Source: an uncultured Rhodopirellula sp.
GTDB taxonomy: Bacteria; Planctomycetota; Planctomycetia; Pirellulales; Pirellulaceae
DNA length: 64,000 nt
Assembly: GCA_964007735.1 (NCBI GenBank)
Contig: CAXGAI010000007.1
Span: 62,001-126,000 of the forward strand
Direction of reading: 5' to 3'
The notes under the pieces are model-generated. The model searched no databases and was not told the origin of the DNA. It worked only from the letters and a program-made list of their open reading frames with translations. Of the stretch, positions 52,428-60,901 are shown one piece after another. How positions within the stretch are numbered: the first letter of the stretch is position 1; each line of letters opens with the position of its first letter. The translations under genes were made by a program, and so were the position numbers.

Positions 52428-53951
52428 TCACTCGAGCATTTGGAAGAAGTAGAGGTTTACTTTACCGGGGAGCTTGTGATCTATATACCCATCGTTACCA
52501 AACATCTCGGCAAGTACCAGTTCTGCCTTTGCGTTGTGACGTCGTCCACGCACCACAAGCCACCCTTTGGAAGTTGCTTTGAGTCTCTGGGCAAGCAAAG
52601 ACGGTTGTCGATAGTCGGAAATTGGTTGGACTCGCAAATCTTCAGCAACTGGATACATCCCATTAAGAGGAAACGCACAATATTCTTCGGTAGTTATATT
52701 GGCTGTGTGCTTTTCATCCGCGAGTTTTGGTAGCCGAGTATCTTCTATCAGACCACCTGCCAGAAAGACGATCTCGTCGGGCTTGGCTTTGTCATTGAGT
52801 GTTTTAGCGACCAAATCCCACCGCTCCGTTTTAAACGTGATAGTTCCTGCTCGGTGGTTAGAAATTACGTCGCTGTCAACTAGCAGGAAAACCAATAAAC
52901 AGCTAAATCCTAAAAGGAATGGAATGTGGAACGAGTTGGATGATTGCGTAACTGCTGCCACGCTGAATCCGCAGAAGATACTTAATGCCGGCAGGCATGT
53001 AACTAAGTAACGAGGGAAAAACCAGTTCACCCAATCAAGTCTAGTAGTCGTCCATGCTGTTAAGTAAGGAACTACTGCGAGAATCAGGGAACCCAGAATG
53101 AGTGGCTTGAGGGTCTCTAATTTGGGCCTGAACGCGATTAAAAGAAAGCCGGGTAAAACCAAGGTACTTCGCACTGGCAGTGTCAAAAGAGATTCAAAAG
53201 TTGCATGCTCGGCGCGGATAAATGTTGCCCATTGATTGCGATGATTGTAAATGTTTTCCAACGTGTCATATTGTGTCGCGATGATGATTCCCAAAACAAA
53301 GACCTGCAGGATGAATACTTTCATTCGACGGACTAACGGGCCTGGGCTGGCAAATGAGTGAGCCAGCAGGAGACTGCCAATAGCGGGGATAGCCATGTAG
53401 TGAGTGTATATGCATAACGTAGCCACGAGGCTCCAGGTGAATTCAAGTCGCCACGAAATGGCCTGTTTTACGTCGTTGCTAGCGTTATAGCTTCTTCTCC
53501 ATTGCATAGAACTGACACAGAAGAGAATTAAGATAAGTAGGGTCAATAAACTGTAAGCGCGTGCTTCGACGGCGAATAAAAGTTGAAGGTGACCTGCCGC
53601 AAAGGAAACCGTTGTAACGAGGGTCGCTAATAACTTGAGCTGATGACGGTGGCACAGCCAGTTTAGAACGATAACCGAGCCGCAAGCGCAGACTGTCGAG
53701 AAAACTCTCAGAGATGTTTCCGTTTGTCCTGTAACGCTTACCACTAACTTCAATAAGTAGAAATAGAGCGGGGACTGATTTCCCGCCATTGCACGTTCGG
53801 AGACAGCATTCCAATCTGCCAGCAATGTCCAAGAGGTGTGCAGTTCGTCTATCCACAGAGGTAAATCTAGATAGCCTCGGGAAATTACTGCGATCACAGC
53901 AATTCCAATCATGGAAGACAATAGATAGGACTGTTTGCGTATTGAGAGCAT
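52428..53951 (-). CDS. GT-C (PMT/ArnT-like) polytopic glycosyltransferase
   Basis: LWIDE, QSPLYF, EARAYS, YTHY and PRY motifs; about 10-11 TMs. Confidence 0.8.
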   Translation of the reverse strand: MLSIRKQSYLLSSMIGIAVIAVISRGYLDLPLWIDELHTSWTLLADWNAVSERAMAGNQSPLYFYLLKLVVSVTGQTETSLRVFSTVCACGSVIVLNWLCHRHQLKLLATLVTTVSFAAGHLQLLFAVEARAYSLLTLLILILFCVSSMQWRRSYNASNDVKQAISWRLEFTWSLVATLCIYTHYMAIPAIGSLLLAHSFASPGPLVRRMKVFILQVFVLGIIIATQYDTLENIYNHRNQWATFIRAEHATFESLLTLPVRSTLVLPGFLLIAFRPKLETLKPLILGSLILAVVPYLTAWTTTRLDWVNWFFPRYLVTCLPALSIFCGFSVAAVTQSSNSFHIPFLLGFSCLLVFLLVDSDVISNHRAGTITFKTERWDLVAKTLNDKAKPDEIVFLAGGLIEDTRLPKLADEKHTANITTEEYCAFPLNGMYPVAEDLRVQPISDYRQPSLLAQRLKATSKGWLVVRGRRHNAKAELVLAEMFGNDGYIDHKLPGKVNLYFFQMLE

Positions 53952-54049
53952 TGAATATTGAAAATGCCTGACAGCTGGCTGGTAGATGTTTGAATAGATA
54001 TAGGTTTATTAAAAGCAGTGTCCCAAAGAGTTTGCAAGGGCTCACAAGA

Positions 54050-54832
54050 CTAATGGCAGCCAGCGGCGCGCTCCTTCTGAGGTAGGATTTCCAGACAAGT
54101 GGTCCACCACCCGGTATGAATAGTCTCGATGAATTCATGGGGGATTCCTTCCTGTTGCATTTCCTTTCCTAATCGCTGATAGTCGTAATGGACGGGGTGG
54201 AATTCGTGGAGGATGCCGGAGCGTGTAATATCCAGAGTTGTGAACCAGACATGATTCGAGCCGTCATTTTCGGGGCGTCCCAACACTCCGACGTTTATGA
54301 ATTTCCCCTGTTTGCTTTGAGCGTGCCATTTTATGCCGGTATGTGTGCCTGCAATTAGATCTAGATTTCGACGTTGAAGAAACATGTCAATAAAATGTAG
54401 AGGCGTCGTCGATTCCCATAGGAACTCATTGGTTCGGCGTGGACTTCCGTGGCAAAGCAGGATCTTTTGATCTTCAATTTCAAGTTCGAGTTCCTTGGGG
54501 AGTGTCCTTAGAAACATTTTGTAGGCATCATTCGTGTTAGCCAACGTGTAGTCGTAGCTGATTTGAGCGAAGTGATTATCCCGATCGGCGGTATACCCAC
54601 ATTGGCAATCTTCCAGTTCATTGCCGATGCTGTCATCGTAGTTCCCCTGGATGCACTGTATGTTGTTGTCGATTAGCAGCGGAAAGGATCTGTCAGGATG
54701 TGGCCCGAAGGCACCGATGTCACCAAGGCAATACATCGTATCTACTCCTATATCAGAAGCCTGTGATATAGCCGCTTCCAGTGCCAGGTAGTTGTTGTAG
54801 ATACCCCCAAACAAGGCAATCCGTGTAGTCAT
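54050..54832 (-). CDS. Calcineurin-like metallophosphoesterase family protein, atypical
   Basis: CLGD, GNYD and HGSP motifs; first motif degenerate (FGGIYNN); extra CQC motif. Confidence 0.85.
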   Translation of the reverse strand: MTTRIALFGGIYNNYLALEAAISQASDIGVDTMYCLGDIGAFGPHPDRSFPLLIDNNIQCIQGNYDDSIGNELEDCQCGYTADRDNHFAQISYDYTLANTNDAYKMFLRTLPKELELEIEDQKILLCHGSPRRTNEFLWESTTPLHFIDMFLQRRNLDLIAGTHTGIKWHAQSKQGKFINVGVLGRPENDGSNHVWFTTLDITRSGILHEFHPVHYDYQRLGKEMQQEGIPHEFIETIHTGWWTTCLEILPQKERAAGCH

Positions 54833-55734
54833 ATTCCTGAACCTTTAGGGGTACGACTGGTAGACACGTTTGAGCAGATGGAGCCGTATTGATAGCAGGT
54901 ATAGCAGGCTCCATGTGAAAGACTAAAGACCGCATTGGAGGCCGTCTTCAAATTGTTCCCTAAAATAGAGTCTGGAGATTCGATTAAAATAGGACACACA
55001 TGTACTCCTCGATCGGTCACGATCCGTGAGTGCTCACAAACCAGCTGACTAGTGTCAAAATCGTCAAGCATTTCGGAGGTCACACGTTGATGAACCGAGT
55101 ACCCGCCGGTTCGGTTTTCTTCTGCGCCAATTTTAAGGGTGGGTAATAATTTAATTCGTGGGTTGTCATAACCATGCTTCTTAAGGACATCCGAGAACGT
55201 ATTGAGCATGGTTTGATCTTGATTGTCCGGCCAAGTACGAGTTGCGGTGATAATGGGAAGGAAATCATGTGAAACGAGCCTGGCAACCCCCCTCATTGCC
55301 CGGTTAAATGTTCCTTCGCCACGGATCGGGTCATTGGTTTGCGAATTGAAACCATCAATCGAAACTCGAAATTCGAGGCTGTACCGGCTTTGATCTTGAG
55401 CCTGTCTAAGACGCGTGAGCCACTCGTCTTTGAATACGGTGGCATTGGTAAGGACGGTCGCTGGACCAAATTCGAGTGTGTCGATTAAGATGTCGGTCAT
55501 CTCCGGATGTAGAAATGGTTCACCACCTGTGAAGTAGTAACCTTTAACTCCTAACTCAATACTTTCATGAAGGTGAGTTTGGATTTTTTCTCGTGATAAA
55601 AATCCAAAACGGTTGTTGTGCGGGCTGCATGAGATAAAGCAGTGATGACATGTTAAATTGCACCGGGTTCCGGCAACCTGAAACCAGAGTTCGTCGAGAT
55701 GAGAAAGAGCGAGGTTCACATCGGTTTTGCTCAT
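54829..55734 (-). CDS. Radical SAM protein with Cys-rich C-terminus (ArsS-like)
   Basis: CNLTCHHC (CX3CX2C), FTGGEPF and RVSIDG; C-terminal C..C..HGACYTCYQYGSIC. Confidence 0.88.
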   Translation of the reverse strand: MSKTDVNLALSHLDELWFQVAGTRCNLTCHHCFISCSPHNNRFGFLSREKIQTHLHESIELGVKGYYFTGGEPFLHPEMTDILIDTLEFGPATVLTNATVFKDEWLTRLRQAQDQSRYSLEFRVSIDGFNSQTNDPIRGEGTFNRAMRGVARLVSHDFLPIITATRTWPDNQDQTMLNTFSDVLKKHGYDNPRIKLLPTLKIGAEENRTGGYSVHQRVTSEMLDDFDTSQLVCEHSRIVTDRGVHVCPILIESPDSILGNNLKTASNAVFSLSHGACYTCYQYGSICSNVSTSRTPKGSGI

Positions 55735-55784
55735 AGTCTTCGCTTTCCAGTCAAACGGTAAAACGCTGTGGGTAGGGACAGGGG

Positions 55785-57044
55785 CTAGCCAGAAAACGTT
55801 TGGTAAATATCAAGAGAATCTCTGTCGCCAATGATTTGGAACAGTTGAACGATTTGGTTTAGGCCCGTGTGGAATAGGAAACCTGACTGCCGCCCGTAGC
55901 TTTTGATTCCTAATTGATAGTAATTTGGTTCAGTTGTTATTAAAAGCTCACGTGATTCGATCGAGAGATCCAGACAGTTGCCACGGCTCTGGCTTAGTAA
56001 GCTTGCTGCCAACTGAATTGGCCCTTCAGTCGCATAACACTGGTGAACTTGCAGTTCCTGATGAATCGAGCTGTCTGTTCGATAGCCCGTTAGGCCAAAG
56101 ATCTGATCAAAAGAATGCCAAGTAAGTTTCAGTTCGTTGTCCCCTTCTTCCTGCGGGGCATGTTTACGGGTTTCGTAGATTCCGAGTTTATATTTCTGAC
56201 AACTTTCTGATTCAGACAGCTTCACCGTATCGATGGCGCAGTTTGGTAAGACCGAGATTTCAGAATTCGCAACTAATGACTGTAGTTTCTTCAGGATATG
56301 AACGCGTTCCGCGAGCGGGTCATCTTCGATTTGTTGAAGTGCTGGTAAGTGATCGCCACGGGTAATCCAGGTGAGATTTGCTCCAGCATTGGACAAGGTG
56401 ATTAATGTGCTGGCTGCAGAGTGCCCTGCTCCGATAACGGCAACCTGTTGCCCCGATAATTGATGGGCTTGCTCGATTGTGGGGATGGATCGCTTAATGT
56501 CTGAGACAAGTTCTTTCTCCCCAATGGCCGGGATCCCTCCAGCGCCGATTGGATTCGGATTGGCGTAGACTCCGGAGGTATCAATAACGATATCCGCAGT
56601 CAGGACTCGTTGTTGCTTCTCTTGTTCAACAATGACTCGGAAAGGATCTCCAGCACGGTCATGGGTTAGGTCTGTTTTGTTTGACCAGGTGCGTGAAACG
56701 CTGACAACACGACTGTTGGTGTGAATGCTGGGACGTAATAGATCCGTTTCTGACAACGGCAATAAATAGCTCGCGAGCCACTGCGCACCTGTTATATATT
56801 CGTCTGTTGCTGGAAACAAATGGTTTGGTTCGTGACTTTCGATGGCCGCTTTGCCGAGGGGTGAGTGATTCATGGAAAAGGGAGAGAACATCTTCACGTG
56901 GCTCCAATGGTGAACATGTTCACATACCTGACCGGCTTCGCAGATTTCCACATGGTAACCCAGATACCGAGCATACAAAGCAGCTTCCAACGCGACCGGG
57001 CCGGCACCGATGAAGAAGATGGTTGCAGGGGTTTCGATGGCCAT
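55785..57044 (-). CDS. FAD/NAD(P)-dependent oxidoreductase (flavin monooxygenase-like)
   Basis: GAGPVAL, DTSG, GAGHSA, LTGY and GIKSYGR..FL..TG motifs. Confidence 0.85.
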   Translation of the reverse strand: MAIETPATIFFIGAGPVALEAALYARYLGYHVEICEAGQVCEHVHHWSHVKMFSPFSMNHSPLGKAAIESHEPNHLFPATDEYITGAQWLASYLLPLSETDLLRPSIHTNSRVVSVSRTWSNKTDLTHDRAGDPFRVIVEQEKQQRVLTADIVIDTSGVYANPNPIGAGGIPAIGEKELVSDIKRSIPTIEQAHQLSGQQVAVIGAGHSAASTLITLSNAGANLTWITRGDHLPALQQIEDDPLAERVHILKKLQSLVANSEISVLPNCAIDTVKLSESESCQKYKLGIYETRKHAPQEEGDNELKLTWHSFDQIFGLTGYRTDSSIHQELQVHQCYATEGPIQLAASLLSQSRGNCLDLSIESRELLITTEPNYYQLGIKSYGRQSGFLFHTGLNQIVQLFQIIGDRDSLDIYQTFSG

Positions 57045-57060
57045 AAGCGATTCATCTCCA

Positions 57061-58182
57061 CTATCTTATAATTCCAAAGTGTTCCACACTGATCTCTGAG
57101 TCTTTACCTTCAAGCAGATCAGCCATTAGTACCGCGGTGCCTGTAGACAAATGAATACCACTTCGGAAGTGTCCCGAAGCCATGAACAGATTATCGATGT
57201 TGGGGATCTTGCCAATGTATGGCATACCGTCAAAACTTCCGGGCCGTAGACCTGACCAACTCATGGTGATTTCGTGTTCTTTTAACGCCGGCACCAAAGA
57301 ATAAGCAAAGTCCGCCAGTTGGTTCAATATTTCAGGCGTGGTGCCCTTTTGGAAACCAACTTCCTCTTCACACGATCCGGCCAGTACTTTGCCATCCGCC
57401 CGAGGGACTAAATATCTCGAACCCTCACTCAGGATATGGTGGATCAGGCTTTTAGAAGCTTCAAACAAAATCATCTGCCCGCGGATCGGTACAATACCTG
57501 TTGGAATGGCCGTTACCTGTTTAAGCAGTTCGGAAGACCAAGCCCCTGAGGTAATACAGTATTGCCCTCCGGTGACTGGTCCTGCTGTTGTCCGCAGGCC
57601 TGTAATAATGCCATCGCTGCTTTCAAAGTCAAGAACTTCGCACTGTGTATCAATACGGACACCCCGAAGTTCACACGCTTTGGCCAGGGCCTTCACGTGT
57701 CGCGGATTACGCAATGTCATTTCATCTGGTAGTAAGTAGGCCGCCTGAAATTGATCCGGGTCGAGTGTGGGTTCTATAGCGAGAAGTTTATCTTTCGACA
57801 GAAAAGAAGCTTCAATTCCTTCCTCGTTTAACATACTAATGTATCCCGCAAGGGAGGCAGCTTCGCCAGGTTTTTTGGCGAGGTAGATGCCTCCGCATTG
57901 ACGAAAGCCTGTGTCAATCCCAGACTCTTGCTGAAGCCGTTTCGCCCATTGTGGGTGAAGGCGGTGACTGATTCCTCTCAATTTCTCACAGGGGTTCAGC
58001 GCGGAGTCCGGATTGGCTGGTGGCAGGATGCCAGCCCCGGCCCAGGATGCTTCGCGTGCGATCTGGTTGCCACGTTCAAGAATCCGAACCTGCTGTCCCC
58101 TGCAGGTAAGTTCATAAGCGATGGAGAGTCCAATAACTCCACCGCCGATTAAAATAACTTCATTGGAATTTGGTTGGTTCAT
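57061..58182 (-). CDS. thiO: Glycine oxidase ThiO / DAO-family oxidase
   Basis: GGGVIG, ASWAGAGIL, PIRGQM, YLVPR, WSGLRP and GHFRSGI. Confidence 0.8.
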   Translation of the reverse strand: MNQPNSNEVILIGGGVIGLSIAYELTCRGQQVRILERGNQIAREASWAGAGILPPANPDSALNPCEKLRGISHRLHPQWAKRLQQESGIDTGFRQCGGIYLAKKPGEAASLAGYISMLNEEGIEASFLSKDKLLAIEPTLDPDQFQAAYLLPDEMTLRNPRHVKALAKACELRGVRIDTQCEVLDFESSDGIITGLRTTAGPVTGGQYCITSGAWSSELLKQVTAIPTGIVPIRGQMILFEASKSLIHHILSEGSRYLVPRADGKVLAGSCEEEVGFQKGTTPEILNQLADFAYSLVPALKEHEITMSWSGLRPGSFDGMPYIGKIPNIDNLFMASGHFRSGIHLSTGTAVLMADLLEGKDSEISVEHFGIIR

Positions 58183-58844
58183 GCCAGGTGCTTTGCTTCA
58201 AGTTCATCAAGCCGTTGGTATAACCACCGGGACGAATCGTCTCTGGATTCTCGTAGTTCTCTGAGGTCATCGATCGTATCGATATCAAACCATGGGGGTA
58301 GTAAATCATAGGAGTAGCCTGCTCCGCGTAAAGCTTCGATTGTTTGTTCAAGTACTTTGTCAGATGACCAGTGGATGCCTGCAAAAATGGGGGGGACTTG
58401 CTGTTGGCAACCGATGAGATAATAGCCTCCATCGACTGCCGGGCCAATGACACAGTCCACATCTTCCAAGGCTTCAAATGCTTTTTGGATCATGTCGACA
58501 GGCAACGTTGGACTGTCTGTTCCGATGAGTACGGTCTTTTTAAACTGACGTTCAACGGCCTGCTGGAAAAAGGAGTTCATGCGCTCGCCAAGATCTCCAT
58601 CAGACTGAGCAGTAATGGTCCAGTTTGGCGGTGTAACTAGAGCGAAATCGGCCAGTCGTTCCACTGGAGTTACACATAGTATCTGAGCTTCCGCAAGACC
58701 GGAAACGCGTTTGAGTGTCGAGAGCAGGAAGGCCTGATATATTTCAGCCGCGAATTGGTTGTTGGTGTCGCAAGCTAAGCGTGTCTTTACCTTGCCGGCT
58801 TCCCAGAATTTAGCAAAGACACCGAGCATTGTTTTTGAGGTCAT
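58179..58844 (-). CDS. TIGR04282/DUF2064-type transferase (arsenosugar-biosynthesis-associated glycosyltransferase family)
   Basis: FAK...GKVKTRL, Q..GDLGERM, LIGTDSP, GPAVDGGYYLIG, WSS..V and DIDTIDDL. Confidence 0.88.
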   Translation of the reverse strand: MTSKTMLGVFAKFWEAGKVKTRLACDTNNQFAAEIYQAFLLSTLKRVSGLAEAQILCVTPVERLADFALVTPPNWTITAQSDGDLGERMNSFFQQAVERQFKKTVLIGTDSPTLPVDMIQKAFEALEDVDCVIGPAVDGGYYLIGCQQQVPPIFAGIHWSSDKVLEQTIEALRGAGYSYDLLPPWFDIDTIDDLRELRESRDDSSRWLYQRLDELEAKHLA

Positions 58845-58847
58845 GAA

Positions 58848-59087
58848 TTAGCTTCCATTCGTTCCTAGCAGACGCACGAGGAGGACTTCATTAATGGTTC
58901 CACGGAATCGAACTTTGCCATCAATTTCTACGACAGGAACACAAGTGTCGTATTTTTCAAACAATTTTGGCTGTTCGTCGATATCGACTTCATCGATGGA
59001 AAAACCATACATTTCCAGTGTTTCCTTCGCTTCCTCGCAAAGTTGACAGGACTTTCGCGTATATAAAATGGCATGACGTGAGGACAT
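58848..59087 (-). CDS. Glutaredoxin-like protein (DUF836 type)
   Basis: LYTRKSCQLCEEA, EVDID and VPVVEIDG. Confidence 0.88.
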   Translation of the reverse strand: MSSRHAILYTRKSCQLCEEAKETLEMYGFSIDEVDIDEQPKLFEKYDTCVPVVEIDGKVRFRGTINEVLLVRLLGTNGS

Positions 59088-59135
59088 ATGACGGTTTCGA
59101 GCGTTGTAGTAGTATAGGGCTCTAAAGACAGACTG

Positions 59136-59162
59136 CTTTTAGCCGACGAAACCGGCTAAAAG
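59136..59162. promoter_or_regulatory. Perfect 10-7-10 palindrome, candidate operator
   Basis: CTTTTAGCCG-ACGAAAC-CGGCTAAAAG in a divergent intergenic region, just upstream of a minus-strand TATACT (59111-59116). Confidence 0.5.
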
Positions 59163-59274
59163 TGTTGTTACCGCCTCAATTATGTCGACTCCATTGAATG
59201 AATCAACCGTTCCCGTGATAAACTAAGGATTCGATCATTCCTTTTCGATACGTTCATTTCTAATTCGGGCAAAG

Positions 59275-60813
59275 ATGAGTATTACCGCTCGACAATTTCT
59301 GGAACTCCTGCGACGCAGCGATCTTCTGTCGGATGCTGAGTTGAAGAAAGGTTTGCAGGCCTGTAAGGATGATAATAATGGCTCGATCCCGAATAGCCCC
59401 GAGAAAATCGCTGATTTCTTGGTGGCCGAGAATCTGATTACGACCTGGCATCGTGAAAAGTTGCTAAAGCATAAGTATAAGGGTTTCTTTCTCGGGAAAT
59501 ACAAACTATTGGGGCACATCGGGGCCGGTGGGATGAGCAGTGTCTACTTGGCTGAACACATGCTCATGCGTCGTTTGCGAGCCATCAAAGTGTTGCCTCG
59601 TAACCGAGTCGATGACTCTTCCTATCTTGAGCGTTTCCATCGAGAGGCTCAAGCGACAGCCGCACTCGATCATCCGAATATTGTTCGCGCCTACGATGTC
59701 GACAATCAGGGGCAGACTCACTATCTCGTAATGGAGTACGTTCCTGGACGAGATTTGATGACAATCGTAAAAGAAGACGGCCCTTTAGACTATTTGCAGG
59801 CGGCTAAATATATCTACGAGTCAGCTCAGGGATTGCAACATGCCCACGACTCTTCGATGGTGCATCGGGATGTAAAACCAGCCAACCTGCTTGTAGGCGA
59901 ACAGGACTCGATCAAGATTCTTGATATGGGACTTGCTCTCATGCATGAAGATCATTCAGATCTGGCAGGGCTTACGGATAAACATAATGAGAAAGTGCTT
60001 GGAACCGCTGATTACCTTGCTCCAGAACAGGCTTTAAATAGTCATGAGATTGATGGTCGGGCAGATATCTATGGTCTCGGCTGTACATTGTATTATCTTC
60101 TTACCGGACACCCTCCTTTCCCCGAAGGTACTTTGGCACAACGTATTGCGCAGCATCAAACGACAACGCCACCCGATATTCGAATTGATCGTCCGGATTG
60201 TCCGGAAGGACTTGGAAGTATCTGTTTCAAGATGCTGCAGAAGAATCCTGACCATAGATTTCAGTCTGCCAGAGAAGTGGCGGAGGAATTAGAAGCCTGG
60301 CTCAAATCACAGGGGGTTGATATAACCCCGGCCAAACAGGATGTTGTGCATTTGCCGCAACGGGCTGATGTAGGTCAATCTACAGAAAGTGTGGTGCAGG
60401 CGATGCATGCAGCGGTTGCTGTGGCTAATCAGGGAGCGATTGCTAATGTGCAGTCTTCTATCCAACTCATGGGGGAATATTCAGCTATTGCAGAAAGCAG
60501 TCAGGTGGTTTCAGATAGTTTGATAGGTATCGGCAGTAGCCGTATTACCTTAGGGGATGAGATAGGTGGACAAGCCTTTCAAAATACCTCAAAAAGCCTG
60601 CTTGATACCAAGGCCAGTCGAGTGCTGACTAGCAACGCCAGTATTTGGAAAATGCTTGCTCTCACTTTGGGAGGTTTGTTATTACTGGGGGGACTGTTTT
60701 TGGCAATTCAGCTTCTAACTTCGAAAGTGGAAAATGCGACGCCTGATCCCCAAAGTCTGCTTCTGGAAACAGAACACATAGTTTCGTCTGGATTCTCAGA
60801 GTCTGGACGTTAA
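59275..60813 (+). CDS. Hanks-type Ser/Thr protein kinase, membrane anchored
   Basis: IGAGGMSSVY, AIK, HRDVKPAN, DMG and GTADYLAPE; C-terminal TM. Confidence 0.95.
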   Translation: MSITARQFLELLRRSDLLSDAELKKGLQACKDDNNGSIPNSPEKIADFLVAENLITTWHREKLLKHKYKGFFLGKYKLLGHIGAGGMSSVYLAEHMLMRRLRAIKVLPRNRVDDSSYLERFHREAQATAALDHPNIVRAYDVDNQGQTHYLVMEYVPGRDLMTIVKEDGPLDYLQAAKYIYESAQGLQHAHDSSMVHRDVKPANLLVGEQDSIKILDMGLALMHEDHSDLAGLTDKHNEKVLGTADYLAPEQALNSHEIDGRADIYGLGCTLYYLLTGHPPFPEGTLAQRIAQHQTTTPPDIRIDRPDCPEGLGSICFKMLQKNPDHRFQSAREVAEELEAWLKSQGVDITPAKQDVVHLPQRADVGQSTESVVQAMHAAVAVANQGAIANVQSSIQLMGEYSAIAESSQVVSDSLIGIGSSRITLGDEIGGQAFQNTSKSLLDTKASRVLTSNASIWKMLALTLGGLLLLGGLFLAIQLLTSKVENATPDPQSLLLETEHIVSSGFSESGR

Positions 60814-60901
60814 TAATCATAGAGGAACATAACGGGTTATGCGGTGGATACTTTATTACAACGCTGGCCTTTCATATTAAGACGGATGAGATGTTGAGAA
60901 G

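Noticed and set aside
53485..54138. 217-aa alternative-frame ORF, plus other shadow ORFs such as 12870-13451
   Set aside because: They overlap well-supported genes and have no recognisable motifs
54050..59087. Selenocysteine read-through in the radical SAM cluster
   Set aside because: The ORFs look full length with ordinary Cys motifs; the TGA stops seen are part of ATGA gene couplings
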